Source: an uncultured delta proteobacterium | GTDB lineage: Bacteria > Myxococcota > Myxococcia > SLRQ01 | Assembly: GCA_963727485.1 (NCBI GenBank) | Contig: CAVSGM010000001.1 | Span: 576,001 to 640,000 of the forward strand | Reading direction: 5' to 3' | Length of the DNA: 64,000 nucleotides | Shown: in pieces, positions 10,157 to 20,591 of the stretch | Layout of the letters: every line of letters starts with the position of its first letter | Numbering within the stretch: position 1 is the stretch's first letter | Notes under the pieces: model-generated | What the model saw: the letters and a program-made list of their open reading frames with translations, nothing else | Told to the model about the DNA's origin: nothing | The model's database searches: none | Made by a program: the position numbers and the translations under genes

Positions 10157-13100
10157 ATGACCCGGTCCCGCCTCCTCTCCGTCGCCCTCACCCTCGCCCT
10201 CGTCCCGGCCTGCGCCCACGCGCCCGGGCTCGCCTCCGGCGGCGGGCCCGGCGGCGCGCCCTTCGCCGCGTCCCCGGCGGACCTCCTCGCCGCCGCCACG
10301 GCCGCCGGCCGCCCGGGCGACGCCCAGACCACGACCCTCTTCGAGGGCGTCCACTACACCCTCGACCTCCAGGGCCGGCAGGTGTGGGACCTGTGGCGCG
10401 TCCTCCAGGTCCACACCGACGACGCGGTGCGCGCCCACGGCATCCTCCGGGTGGGCTTCGAGCCGGGCTACCAGGACAAGCCCCTCATCGAGGCCCGGGT
10501 GATCACCAGCGACGGGCGGGTCCACCGCCTCGACCCCACGACCCTCTCGGTGCGGGGCGCAAGCGACGACGCCGACCAGGAGAATCGACGGCAACCGGGA
10601 CCTGGTCGCGCCCCTGCCGGCGGTGGCCCCGGGCGCGGTCATCGAGGAGCACGTGCGCATCACCGACCGCAAGGTCCTCGATCCCGGGAGCGCCTACGGC
10701 CGCTACCTCATCGGCGACCGGATCCCGGTGCAGGCCACCCGCATCGAGCTCGACGCCCCGGCGTCGCTGCCCCTCCACTACCTGGTCGCCGGGCTCCCCA
10801 AGGCCCACCCGGTGGTCACCACCCGGGCGGGCCACACCCACCTGGTGCTCACCGTGGGGCCCCGGAAGGCGGTGGACGACCTCGAGTCCGACGCTCCCAC
10901 CGACCTGGTGCAGTGGCCCTACTTCGCGTTTGCCACCGGGCAGAGCTGGCAGGCGGTGGCCACCGTCTACGCGGGTCTCGTCGACCGGCAGATCGCCGGG
11001 GCGGACCTGAAGGCCCAGGTGGCCAAGGCCGTCGCCGGGGCCCAGGGCCGCCGCGCCCGCATCGACCGGATCCTCGAGAGGCTCTCCTCGCGCATCCGCT
11101 ACACCGGCATCGAGCTGGGCCAGGGCGCCATCGTCCCCCGGACCCCGGCCCAGACCCTGGCCCGGGGCTTCGGCGACTGCAAGGACAAGGCGGCGCTGGT
11201 GGTGGCCTGGCTGCGAGCCGCCGGGATCCCCGCCCACGTGGCCCTCCTCGACACCTCCGACCGCCACGACGTCGACGCCGCGCTCCCGGCCCTCGGGGTC
11301 TTCGACCACGCCATCGTCTACGTCCCCGGGACCCCGGCCCTGTGGATCGATCCCACCGACCGCGAGCGCCCCGCCGGATCCCTGCCTTCCGGGGACAGCG
11401 GGCGCCTGGCCCTGGTGGCGGCTCGGGCGACCACCGGCCTCATCCGCATCCCCGCCGCCCGCGCCGCCGACAACGTGTTCTCCGACCACCGGGAGCTCGA
11501 CCTCCCGGACATCGGCTGGGCGAAGATGACCCTCAAGCGCACCTTCGTCGGCCGCTTCGCCGCCACCTACCGCAGCGCCCTGGCAAAGGGCAGCGAGAAG
11601 CGGCTCCACACCCACCTCGAGGGCTTCGTGAAGCGCCGCTTCCAGGCGAAGGCCCTCGACCGCCTCACCCATGGCCCCCTCGACGACCTCGAGGCGCCGG
11701 TGAAGATCACCCTGGAGATGGACCGCGCCGGCCGGGGCCGCAGCGACGGGCTCCAGTCGGCGGTGGCCGCGGTGCAGGACGAGAGCCTCTTCGACTTCCT
11801 CCCCGACTACCTCACCGACTCCGCCGACGCCTCGGCCCCCGAGCGCAAGACCGAGCTCATCCTCGCCGAGCCCTACGTCGCGAAGATCCACTACCGGATC
11901 GTGCCCCCGGCGGGGATGACCGTGCGCCACCTGCCCCGGGACGACGGCTTCCAGGTGGGCCCGACGCGCTTCACCCGCCACTTCCACCGGGCCGCCTCGG
12001 GGGGGGTGACCGTGGACGAGCGCTTCGACACCGGCGACGGGCACCTCACGCCCCACCAGGCCCGGGAGCTCCACCTGAAGGTCCACGCGGAGATGCGTCA
12101 CCCGCCGCGCATGGTCTACTTCGAGCTGAAGCCGGCGGTCGACCTCGCCGCCGGGAAGGCCCGGGAGGCCTTCGCCGGCTACCGCAAGCTCGCCCACACG
12201 CCGCCCACCGCCCTCGACGCCGCGCGTCTCGCCGAGGGGCTGCGCAGCTTCGGCCTCGGTGCGCTGGCCAGGCAGTGGGCCCGGAAGGCGACCACCCTGG
12301 ACCCCAAGAGCGTGATCGCCTGGACCGAGCTGGGCCACACCCTCACCGCCGACGTCTTCGGGCGCGAGTTCCACCGGGGCCTCGATCGCGCGGGCGCCAT
12401 CGCCGCCTACCGGCACGCCCTGTCCCTCAGGGAGACCGCCCTCATCCACCAGAACCTCGGGGCCCTCTACGAGCGCAACGACGCCGGCGTGTCCTTCGGC
12501 CCCGGGGCCGATCTCGCGAAGGCCATCGTGGAGCTCCGCGCCGCCCGGAAGCTCAATCCCGCGCCCCACCGGGACCTGGCCCTGATGGGCGCCCTGCTCC
12601 ACGCCGGCAAGTACGACGCGGCGGTGAAGGTCGGCGAGAAGGCCTCCGCCTCCCACCGGCGCAGCCTCCTGCTCCTCTCGGCGTTGGCGCTCCGGGACGG
12701 GGTGGACGCCGCGCGCACCCGGGCCTCGCAGCTCGCCAGCGACGGCAACCCCTCGCTGCTCCTGATGCAGACCACCGGGGCCCTCCTCGCCTTCCGCGCC
12801 TACCCCCAGGCGGTGGCCCTGGCCCGGAGCATCGGCTTCGAGCGCCTGGGGCAGGTGGGCACGCTGCTGGCGAGCATCGGGGACCGGCTGCGTCGCACCG
12901 ACGCGGTGAAGCCCGGCCCCGGGGCCCTGGGCCTGGTGCGGGCCCTGGTGCCCCAGGCCACCGGCGTCGCGGGCGGATCCCTGCGCCGGTGGCTGACGCC
13001 GAGGCTCTCGGAGCGCATCCCCAAGGACATGGTCTTCCCCGCCTTCTTCAAGGTCCCCGGGGCGCCGGACACGAGCCTCGCCGCCCTGGAGAGCATGGTG

Positions 13101-14276
13101 CCCGGCCTCATGGGCGACATCGCCAACGCCATCGCCGTGCTCGAGGACGACGGCGTGGTGGGAGGCGTCCACCGGATTCGCGTGACCACCGCCGACGACG
13201 AGGACGCGGGCATGGCCTACTACGTGGTCCAGGAGAAGGGCGAGCCCCGGCTCCTGGCGAGCGGCCGGTTCACCGCGCCGCTCGGCCGGGCCGCCCTCGA
13301 CGCCCTCGACGCCGGCCACCTCGACGACGCCCGCAAGCTCCTGGACTGGGCCTACCAGGGTGTCACCTCGCCGCCGGCCAGCCTCCCCGGTGAGCCCTTC
13401 GACGGCCTCTGGGGCAAGGACCAGCCCCGAAAGGTCGAGGACGCCCGGCGGGCGGCCCTGGTGCTCCAGGCGGTGGGCTTCCACCCGAAGCCGGCGCTGC
13501 GGCCCCTGGCGGCGCTCCTCGCCCACACCCCGAAGCGGGCGCGGAAGCGCCGCGACGCCCTCGCCCTGGCCCTCGCCGTGGGGTCGGCGACCGCGGGCCG
13601 GACGAAGCAGGCGGTGAAGCTCGCCGAGGGCCTCCTCACCCACCACGACGACGAGGCCTGGCGGCGTCTCGCCTTCTCCTTCGCCCTCCGGGACCACGGG
13701 GTGAAGCTGGCCCGCGGGCTCCTGCGCAGCGTGGGCAAGGCGCACCCCGACGAGCGGGCGGTGGTGGAGGCCCGGGAGTACGTCGCCGTCCGCCGGCGGG
13801 ACCTCTCCGCCGCCACCCAGGCCCTGAAGGCGGCGGTGGACGCCGGGAGCGGCGACGCCGAGGTGGAGAACGAGCTGGCCAACCTGGCCCTCTTCGGGAA
13901 GATCCCCCTCCACCGGGGGCTGGCGCTGGCCAAGGAGGCGGTGCGCCACAGCGGGCGCAAGCAGGACTCCATCCTCAACACCCTGGCGGTGCTCCAGGCC
14001 TTCTCCGGCAAGGACGCCGAGGCCCGGCACAGCCTCCTCTCGACCCTGGCCCTCCACGACGACGGCGCGCCCCTGCCCTCGGACTGGTTCGTGGTGGCCC
14101 GGCTCGAGGAGGACCTGGGCTTCCCCGCCGCCGCCGCCCGGGACTACCTCCGGGTGCGCCAGGAGTGGGACCCGGCCGACCCCGACGGCGCCAACAACTA
14201 CTGGATGGTGGCGAAGAAGCGCCTCGCCGCCCTGAAGGCCAAGGGGATCAAGGTGCCGGCGGCCCCCCGGCCCTGA
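10157..14276 (+). CDS. DUF3857 / transglutaminase-like / TPR exported lipoprotein; apparent frameshift near 10590
   Basis: Signal ...[27 protein letters not shown] (Cys-His-Asp triad); TPR-like helices; joins ORFs 10157 and 10623. Confidence 0.85.
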
Positions 14277-14359
14277 GGGGCGCGGCTTCGACCCTCGCCT
14301 CGGCGCATGGTCCGCGCGCGCCCGCCGGGCTACATTGGCCGCCACCCACCGGAGGGACC

Positions 14360-14773
14360 ATGCACCATCGCGCGCGCTTCGAGATCGAGACCGAGGGACG
14401 GGGAACCGTGGACCTCACCGAGCGGGTCCAGGCGGCCGTCGCCGACTCGGGCATCCGCGAGGGGCTGGCCACCGTCTTCCTCCACCACACCAGCGCCTCG
14501 CTGATGATCTGCGAGAACGCCGACCCCGACGTCCGCGCGGATCTCGAGCGCTTCCTCTCGCGCCTGGTCCCCGACGGCGACCCAATCTTCGCGCACACCG
14601 ACGAGGGCCCCGACGACATGCCCTCCCACGTGCGCACCCTCCTCACCCGCACCTCCATCGGCCTCCCGGTGGCCGAGGGGCGGTGCGATCTCGGGACCTG
14701 GCAGGGGCTCTACCTCTACGAGCACCGCCACCGCGGCCACCGGCGGCGGGTCTCGGTGACCGTGGTGGGATGA
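14360..14773 (+). CDS. yjbQ: YjbQ (UPF0047) family protein
   Basis: HTSASLMICENADPDVRADL, HTDEGPDDMPSHVR, LGTWQGLYLYEHR. Confidence 0.92.
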   Translation: MHHRARFEIETEGRGTVDLTERVQAAVADSGIREGLATVFLHHTSASLMICENADPDVRADLERFLSRLVPDGDPIFAHTDEGPDDMPSHVRTLLTRTSIGLPVAEGRCDLGTWQGLYLYEHRHRGHRRRVSVTVVG

Positions 14774-14829
14774 CGTCGGGTGCCCTGGCCCCGCCGGGTC
14801 GGTGCTAGAGTGGGCCCAAAGGGGGGGCG

Positions 14830-15417
14830 ATGGGTTACGTACGAGACTACCTGGACGGCTTGCCGGCGGGCATCGAGTCCTACCCGGACCAGCGCGCCAA
14901 GGCCTCCGCCTACCGGGCGTTCCTCGAGGGCCTGCCGGCGGGCGACCTGGCCGGGGCCCTGCCGGCTCCGGTGCGCCACCTGGTCACCGATCCCGAGCCG
15001 GTGACCGCCTGGATCACCGAGGTCCACGCCAACGTCCTCTACCTCGCAGCCGTGGACGTCCTCTTCGACGGCGAGGCCGACTTCCTCGACCACTACGAGC
15101 GGATGAACGAGCGGCTCCTCGGCGGGCCCCTCTACCGGATGCTGATGAGGGTCGCCTCGCCCGGGATCATCGTCCGGGGCGCGGCGGCGCGGTGGGACAG
15201 CTTCCATCGGGGGGTCACCCTCGAGGCCGAGGGCACCGGGCCCAACGCCGCCAAAGTGACCCTCACCTGGCCTCCGGCGATCTACACGCGCCTCATCGCC
15301 GAGGGCTACGCCCGCGCGTTCGTGGTGGCCCTGCGCCTGGCCGGGGGCAAGGACGCGGCCCTCGAGCTCACGGAGTTCACCGCCACCGGCGCCCGATACC
15401 GGGGCACCTGGGGCTGA
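14830..15417 (+). CDS. Myxobacterial DUF2378/TIGR02265-like protein, paralogue 1
   Basis: 195 aa; YRMLMRVASP...RWDSFHRG; terminal W; paralogous to the next gene. Confidence 0.6.
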   Translation: MGYVRDYLDGLPAGIESYPDQRAKASAYRAFLEGLPAGDLAGALPAPVRHLVTDPEPVTAWITEVHANVLYLAAVDVLFDGEADFLDHYERMNERLLGGPLYRMLMRVASPGIIVRGAAARWDSFHRGVTLEAEGTGPNAAKVTLTWPPAIYTRLIAEGYARAFVVALRLAGGKDAALELTEFTATGARYRGTWG

Positions 15418-15464
15418 CCGGCGGGGTTCCCCCAGGTCCAGCGGCCAGGGTAGCCTTGCACGGC

Positions 15465-16052
15465 ATGTCGTACCTGCAGACCTACCTCGACGCCCTGCCC
15501 CAGGGCGAGGAGTCCTACCCCGACTACCTGCAGAAGGCTGCGGTGTACCGGCAGTTCCTGGACCTGATGCCCATGGCCCCGGTGGCCGACGTGCTCCCGG
15601 CGCCCCTGCGCCACCTGGTCCTCGACCCCGAGCCGGTGAGCGCCTGGATCCCCGAGGTCCATCTCAACGCCGTCTACCTCGCCGCCCGGGACGTGGCCTT
15701 CGTCGATGACCAGGCCTACCGCGACCATTGGCGGAGAGTGAACGAGACCCTGCTCTCCGGCCGGCTCTACCGGATGTTGATGCGGGTGGCCTCGCCGACG
15801 GTGGTCATCCGCGGCGCCGGGAGCCGGTGGAGCAGCTTCCACCGCGGGGTGGGCCTGCACCTCGACAGGGTCGATCAGGGCCAGCTCGCGGCCCGACTCA
15901 CCTACCCGGCGCACCTCATCCCCGAGCCCCTCGCCGAGAGCTACGCCATGGCCCTCCAGGTGGCCCTGGAGGTCGCCGGGGCCCGGTCCGCGCGGATCGT
16001 CGCGCAGGCCTACACGCCCACCGAGATCAGCCTCGTGGGCAGCTGGTCCTGA
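15465..16052 (+). CDS. Myxobacterial DUF2378/TIGR02265-like protein, paralogue 2
   Basis: 195 aa, colinear with paralogue 1 (YLDxLP, DPEPVxAWIxEVH, LYRMLMRVASP, WxSFHRG). Confidence 0.6.
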   Translation: MSYLQTYLDALPQGEESYPDYLQKAAVYRQFLDLMPMAPVADVLPAPLRHLVLDPEPVSAWIPEVHLNAVYLAARDVAFVDDQAYRDHWRRVNETLLSGRLYRMLMRVASPTVVIRGAGSRWSSFHRGVGLHLDRVDQGQLAARLTYPAHLIPEPLAESYAMALQVALEVAGARSARIVAQAYTPTEISLVGSWS

Positions 16053-16544
16053 TCAGCCGCCCCGGCGCTCGAGGACCCGGAACACCAGCCCCGGGGTCTC
16101 GCCCTCGCGCCTCGAGGTCTCCTGCCACTCGGCGGGATCGAGCTCGGGGAAGGTGGTGTCCCCCTGCACCTGGAGGGGCACCTCGGTGAGGTAGATGCGG
16201 GTGGCCAGCGGCAGGGCCAGCCGGTAGATGGCGCCGCCGCCGATGATCATCGGCAGCGCGTCGGTCTCCCGGGCGGCGGCGATGGCGGCGGCGAGCTGGT
16301 CGAAGACCTCGGCGCCCTCGAGGGTGAGGCCCGGGCGCCGGCTCACCACCAGGTTTCGGCGCCGGGGCAGCGGCCGGCCCACCTCGTCCCAGGTGCGCCG
16401 GCCCATGATCACCGCGTGGCCGGTGGTGAGGTGCTTGAAGTACTTGAGATCCTCGGGGAGGTGCCAGGGCAGGCCCCCCTCACGCCCGATGATCCGGTCC
16501 GGGCTCACGGCGGCGACGAGCGCCAACGGCGCGCGCGCGGACAT
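16053..16544 (-). CDS. folA: Dihydrofolate reductase
   Basis: LPWHLPEDLKYFK, VIMGRRTW, PLPRRRN, IIGGGAIY, GDTTFP. Confidence 0.95.
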   Translation of the reverse strand: MSARAPLALVAAVSPDRIIGREGGLPWHLPEDLKYFKHLTTGHAVIMGRRTWDEVGRPLPRRRNLVVSRRPGLTLEGAEVFDQLAAAIAAARETDALPMIIGGGAIYRLALPLATRIYLTEVPLQVQGDTTFPELDPAEWQETSRREGETPGLVFRVLERRGG

Positions 16545-17386
16545 CAGACGGCGACCTCGGCCTTGATGTGCGGGTGGGGGTCGTAGCCCTCGAGGCGGAA
16601 GTGCTCGTACTCGAAGTCCTCCAGACGGGTCACCGAGGCCTCGAGGTGCATGGTGGGCAGGGCCCTGGGCTCCCGGGTGATCTGGAGGCGCGCCTGCTCC
16701 AGGTGGTTCCGGTAGAGGTGGGCGTCGCCGAGGCTGTGGACGAAGGTGCCGGGCTTCAGCCCGGTGACCTGGGCCACCATCAAGGTGAGCAGGGCGTAGC
16801 TGGCGATGTTGAAGGGCACCCCCAGGAACACGTCGCCGCTGCGCTGGTAGAGCTGGCAGGAGAGCTCCCCGTCCTGCACGTAGAACTGGAAGAGGGTGTG
16901 GCAGGGGGGCAGGGCGACCTGGTCGGCCTCCTTCGGGTGCCAGCCGCTGACCACGATCCGCCGGCTGTGGGGCCGCTCGCGGATGAGGGCGACGGCCCGG
17001 GCGATCTGGTCCACGCCGTCGCCTTCGTAGGTGCCGTCGGGGCGGAGGGTGGCGCCGAAGTTCCGCCACTGGTGGCCATAGATCGGCCCCAGGTCCCCTT
17101 CGGCGCGGCCGAAGCGGGCGCACTGCTCGGCGGTGGACCACGCGTCCCAGATGTGGACCCCCTGCGCCCGCAACCAGTCCGCGCGGGTCTCGCCCCGGAG
17201 GAACCAGAGCAGCTCGTAGATGATGCTCTTGAGGTGGAGCTTCTTGGTGGTGAGCAGGGGGAAGCCGGCGCCGAGGTCGAAGCGCATCTGGTGGCCGAAG
17301 ATGCCCACCGTGCCCACGCCGGTCCGGTCCTCGCGCGGGCGCCCCTCGTCGAGGATCGTCCGCAGGAGATCGAGGTACTGCTTCAC
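16544..17386 (-). CDS. thyA: Thymidylate synthase
   Basis: [52 protein letters not shown]. Confidence 0.97.
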   Translation of the reverse strand: MKQYLDLLRTILDEGRPREDRTGVGTVGIFGHQMRFDLGAGFPLLTTKKLHLKSIIYELLWFLRGETRADWLRAQGVHIWDAWSTAEQCARFGRAEGDLGPIYGHQWRNFGATLRPDGTYEGDGVDQIARAVALIRERPHSRRIVVSGWHPKEADQVALPPCHTLFQFYVQDGELSCQLYQRSGDVFLGVPFNIASYALLTLMVAQVTGLKPGTFVHSLGDAHLYRNHLEQARLQITREPRALPTMHLEASVTRLEDFEYEHFRLEGYDPHPHIKAEVAV

Positions 17387-17407
17387 CGTGCCCTCCTCTC
17401 CCCCGGG

Positions 17408-18493
17408 CTAGTGGGGCACCACGAAGTCCTTGATCACGCCCATGTGCTGCATGCTGGGGGCGGCGCTGTCGGACTGCACCACCGGGCTCACCGCCGTCAG
17501 CGGGGTGAACACCCGGCTGTCGAAGACCAGGCCGTCGGGGAAGGTGTCAGGGCCGACGACCGTGGGCACCTGGTACTGGGCGAGGTCGGTGTCCGGGGCC
17601 ACCCAGTCGTAGGGCTTGGCGCGGCTGGCGTTGGTGCCGCCGTTCCCCGCCTGGTCCACGGGCTCGGTCCCGGTGGTGACCACCACCGCGCCCAGGGTCG
17701 AGAGGCAGGCCTCGGTGCGGCTCGAGGTGTTGAAGTCGCCGCCGATGGCCAGGTAGTCGCCGGCGGGGACGTTCGCCTGGATGGCCGTGACCAGGTCGTG
17801 GGCCTCGGTGTTCCGGGCGCCGCTGGAGCGGGTGAGGAGGTGGACGCTCACCACCCAGAGATCGGTGGGCCCCGGGAGGTCGACGTGGGCCCAGGCGAAG
17901 TCCCGGTTGGAGACGCTGGGGTCGGTCCACTCGCCGGAGGCGACGATGGGGAAGCGGCTGGCGATCCCGTTGGGGATCTGCTCGTTGTCGGTCTCGCGGT
18001 AGTAGGCGTAGCTGGCGCCGAAGGCGGCGTCGATGAAGCCGCGGATCTCGGAGGGGGTGTCCCCGCCGACGTTGAACTCCTGGATCATCGCCACGTCGGG
18101 GTGGAGGCCCTTGAAGATGTGGATGCCCGGGTCGAGGTAGCTCTGGTAGTTCCCGCTGGTGAGGTTGCCGGTCATGATCCGCAGGTGACCGTCCCAGCCG
18201 GTGGTCGTCCCGCCGTCGGTCACCGTCCCGCCGTCGGTGGCGGTCCCACCGTCGGTGGCGGTCCCGCCGTCGGTCACCGTCCCGCCGTCGGTGGCGGCCC
18301 CGCCGTCGGTCACCGAGCCGCCGTCGGTGGTCGTCCCGCCGTCACTCACCGTCCCGCCGTCCCCGGCGCCCCCGTCGGTGACGGCGCCGCCGGCGTCGGC
18401 GAGGGCCCCCCCATCTCCGCCCCCGGCGGCGTCGGGCCCGCAGGCCGGCAGGAGGATCACCAGGAAGGCGGCGAGGACGAATCGGCGCATCAT
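17408..18493 (-). CDS. Endonuclease/exonuclease/phosphatase (EEP) family lipoprotein with TDGG linker
   Basis: LPAC lipobox; RIMTGN, DVAMIQE, VSVHL, GGDFN, YDWV, MQH. Confidence 0.85.
   Translation of the reverse strand: MMRRFVLAAFLVILLPACGPDAAGGGDGGALADAGGAVTDGGAGDGGTVSDGGTTTDGGSVTDGGAATDGGTVTDGGTATDGGTATDGGTVTDGGTTTGWDGHLRIMTGNLTSGNYQSYLDPGIHIFKGLHPDVAMIQEFNVGGDTPSEIRGFIDAAFGASYAYYRETDNEQIPNGIASRFPIVASGEWTDPSVSNRDFAWAHVDLPGPTDLWVVSVHLLTRSSGARNTEAHDLVTAIQANVPAGDYLAIGGDFNTSSRTEACLSTLGAVVVTTGTEPVDQAGNGGTNASRAKPYDWVAPDTDLAQYQVPTVVGPDTFPDGLVFDSRVFTPLTAVSPVVQSDSAAPSMQHMGVIKDFVVPH
18200..18400 (-). repeat. Imperfect 18-bp coding repeats (xTDGGT) forming a lipoprotein linker
   Basis: About 11 DGG units at 6-aa period. 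Confidence 0.75.
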
Positions 18494-18503
18494 CGTTCCT
18501 GGT

Positions 18504-19370
18504 CTACCCGGAGAGGCCGGTGAGGGAAAGGCTCACCTCCCAGAGGCGCCGGCCGGCGTCGTCGTCCCGGGCCGCCTTGGACGGGGTGACCTCCCTACGG
18601 TCCGAGAAGTAGCGTCCCGAGACCTCGGCGGCCTCGGGGCTCGCCGCCAGGAACACCGAGGTGGCGGCCCCGTCGGTGGGGCTCTTCAGCAGCGGCCGGG
18701 CGATGCGGATCGCCACGCCCATGATCCCCTTGAGGTCTCCGTCGCGGCCGAAGCCGCTGCCGATGACCCCCGGGTGGCAGCAGTTGGCCACCACGCCCTC
18801 GCCCTCGAGGCGCCGGGCGAGCTCCCGGGTGAAGAGGACGTTGGCGAGCTTGCTGGCCCCGTAGACCGCGAACGAGGTGTAGGGGCGCTTCTCGAACATC
18901 AGGTCGTCGAAGTCGAGGCCCGGCGACCGGGTGTGGGCCCGGGAGGAGACGGTGACCACCCGCGCCGGGGCGCTGTGGGCCAGGCGCGCCCGGAGGAGGT
19001 GGGTGAGGAGGAACGGCGCCAGGTGGTTCACCGCGAAGGTGGTCTCGTAGCCGTCGGGGGTCTGGGTGCGCTCGGAGAGGATCAGCCCGGCGTTGTTCAC
19101 CAGGACGTCGAGGCGATCGGTGGCGCCGAGGACGTGATCGGCGAGACCGCGCACCGCCTCGAGACGGGCGAGGTCGGCGACGGCGGGCTCCACCCGGTCG
19201 TGTCCCGCGGCCTCGCGGATCCGCCCCACCGCCGCGTCGACCTTGGACGCGCTGCGGCCGTGGACCAGCACCCGGGCGCCGCGGCGGGCCAGCTCGAGGG
19301 CCGTGGCCTCGCCGATGCCGGTGTTGGCCCCGGTGACCAGGACCACCTTTCCTTCGAGGTTCGCGCTCAT
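18504..19370 (-). CDS. SDR family oxidoreductase (retinol dehydrogenase-like)
   Basis: TGANTGIG, NNAG, VSS, YGASK, HPG. Confidence 0.93.
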   Translation of the reverse strand: MSANLEGKVVLVTGANTGIGEATALELARRGARVLVHGRSASKVDAAVGRIREAAGHDRVEPAVADLARLEAVRGLADHVLGATDRLDVLVNNAGLILSERTQTPDGYETTFAVNHLAPFLLTHLLRARLAHSAPARVVTVSSRAHTRSPGLDFDDLMFEKRPYTSFAVYGASKLANVLFTRELARRLEGEGVVANCCHPGVIGSGFGRDGDLKGIMGVAIRIARPLLKSPTDGAATSVFLAASPEAAEVSGRYFSDRREVTPSKAARDDDAGRRLWEVSLSLTGLSG

Positions 19371-20551
19371 GGGCCGAGGTTGTCCCAGCTGGGGTCGTCG
19401 CCCAGCTCCTGGCCCAGCCAGGCGCCCAGCGAGGTGCTCCCCACCGCCTGGGTGGTGAGGCTCCCGTGGAGGAAGGTGTGGCTGGTGCCCGACTGCAGGT
19501 ACATCTTGAAGTTGGGCGCGCCCGCCAGGACGTTGTCCCGCAGGTTCGTCAGCCCGGCCTCGAAGTCCGCGGCGGGCATGGCGTCGGGGTAGTTGCACTG
19601 CGGGCTGTAGCCGTAGCTGAAGAAGAGCCGGATGGTGCCGTCGTGGGTGTGGGAGAGCAGGGACAGGCGCCGGCCCGGGAACTTCTTCGCCAGGTAGGGG
19701 GCGAGGTTCACCAGGCCGCCGCCGTTGGGCTCGGTGCAGGCGGCGCAGTCCTTGGGGAGGGTGGCGTCGAGGTTCCAGATGCTCCGCCACTGCTGCTGGA
19801 GGCAGGGCTTGAGGTACTGGTCGCTCATCGGGGGCCCCGAGTCGTCGATGAGGTCGACCGGGGTGCAGCCGAAGGCGGTCTGGGTCTGGTCGTAGTTCCA
19901 GGCGGCGCCGAAGCCCCCGGCGCTGGAGCCGGCGAGGACCACCAGCTTGTCCTGCTCGAAGGTGGGCACCAGTCGCTGGAGGTACTGGTGGATGTTGGCG
20001 AAGCCCACCTGGGTCCGGCCGCCGTAGCCGTTGGTGGTGTTGCCCGCGTACACGTCGCCGGAGCAGTAGGGGATGTAGACGTAGCTCCAGTCCTTGACCG
20101 GGTTGTCGGGGTTGGTGCGGTTGAAGATCCCGGTGGTCAGCCCCCCGGACTGGGCGTCGAACCTGGTCTTTCCGTAGCCGTTGGGGTTGGCCACGCTCCC
20201 GCAGGTGTAGGGGTCGAAGCAGGCGCCGCCGCCCTCGAGGAAGATGATGACCTTGTCCGAGGCGGGGTTGAGGTTGACCCCGAGGCCCGTGGCCGAGCCG
20301 TCCATGCACCTGGTTCCGGGGAAGTCGACCCAGGTCCAGGTCTCGTCGGGGGCGGTGATCGGCGCCCCGGGTGAGAGCGTGGGATCGGGCTTGCAGGTCC
20401 AGGCGGTGGTGCCGCCGTCGGTGCCGCCGTCGCCAGCGGCGGTGCCCCCGTCGGTGCCCCCGTCGGTGCCGCCGTTTCCGGGAGGCGTGCCGCAGGCGGC
20501 GAGGGCGAAGGTCAGGACCAGGATCAGACCGGGCGGGGTCAATCGGAGCAT
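19367..20551 (-). CDS. Pectin acetylesterase/Notum-like hydrolase lipoprotein
   Basis: LAAC lipobox; CMDGS, FLEGGGAC, YIPYCSGD, GSSAGG. Confidence 0.85.
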   Translation of the reverse strand: MLRLTPPGLILVLTFALAACGTPPGNGGTDGGTDGGTAAGDGGTDGGTTAWTCKPDPTLSPGAPITAPDETWTWVDFPGTRCMDGSATGLGVNLNPASDKVIIFLEGGGACFDPYTCGSVANPNGYGKTRFDAQSGGLTTGIFNRTNPDNPVKDWSYVYIPYCSGDVYAGNTTNGYGGRTQVGFANIHQYLQRLVPTFEQDKLVVLAGSSAGGFGAAWNYDQTQTAFGCTPVDLIDDSGPPMSDQYLKPCLQQQWRSIWNLDATLPKDCAACTEPNGGGLVNLAPYLAKKFPGRRLSLLSHTHDGTIRLFFSYGYSPQCNYPDAMPAADFEAGLTNLRDNVLAGAPNFKMYLQSGTSHTFLHGSLTTQAVGSTSLGAWLGQELGDDPSWDNLGP

Positions 20552-20591
20552 GGGGGCCTCCAGAGTGGGCAGGCAGTCTAGCACCCGGGGC

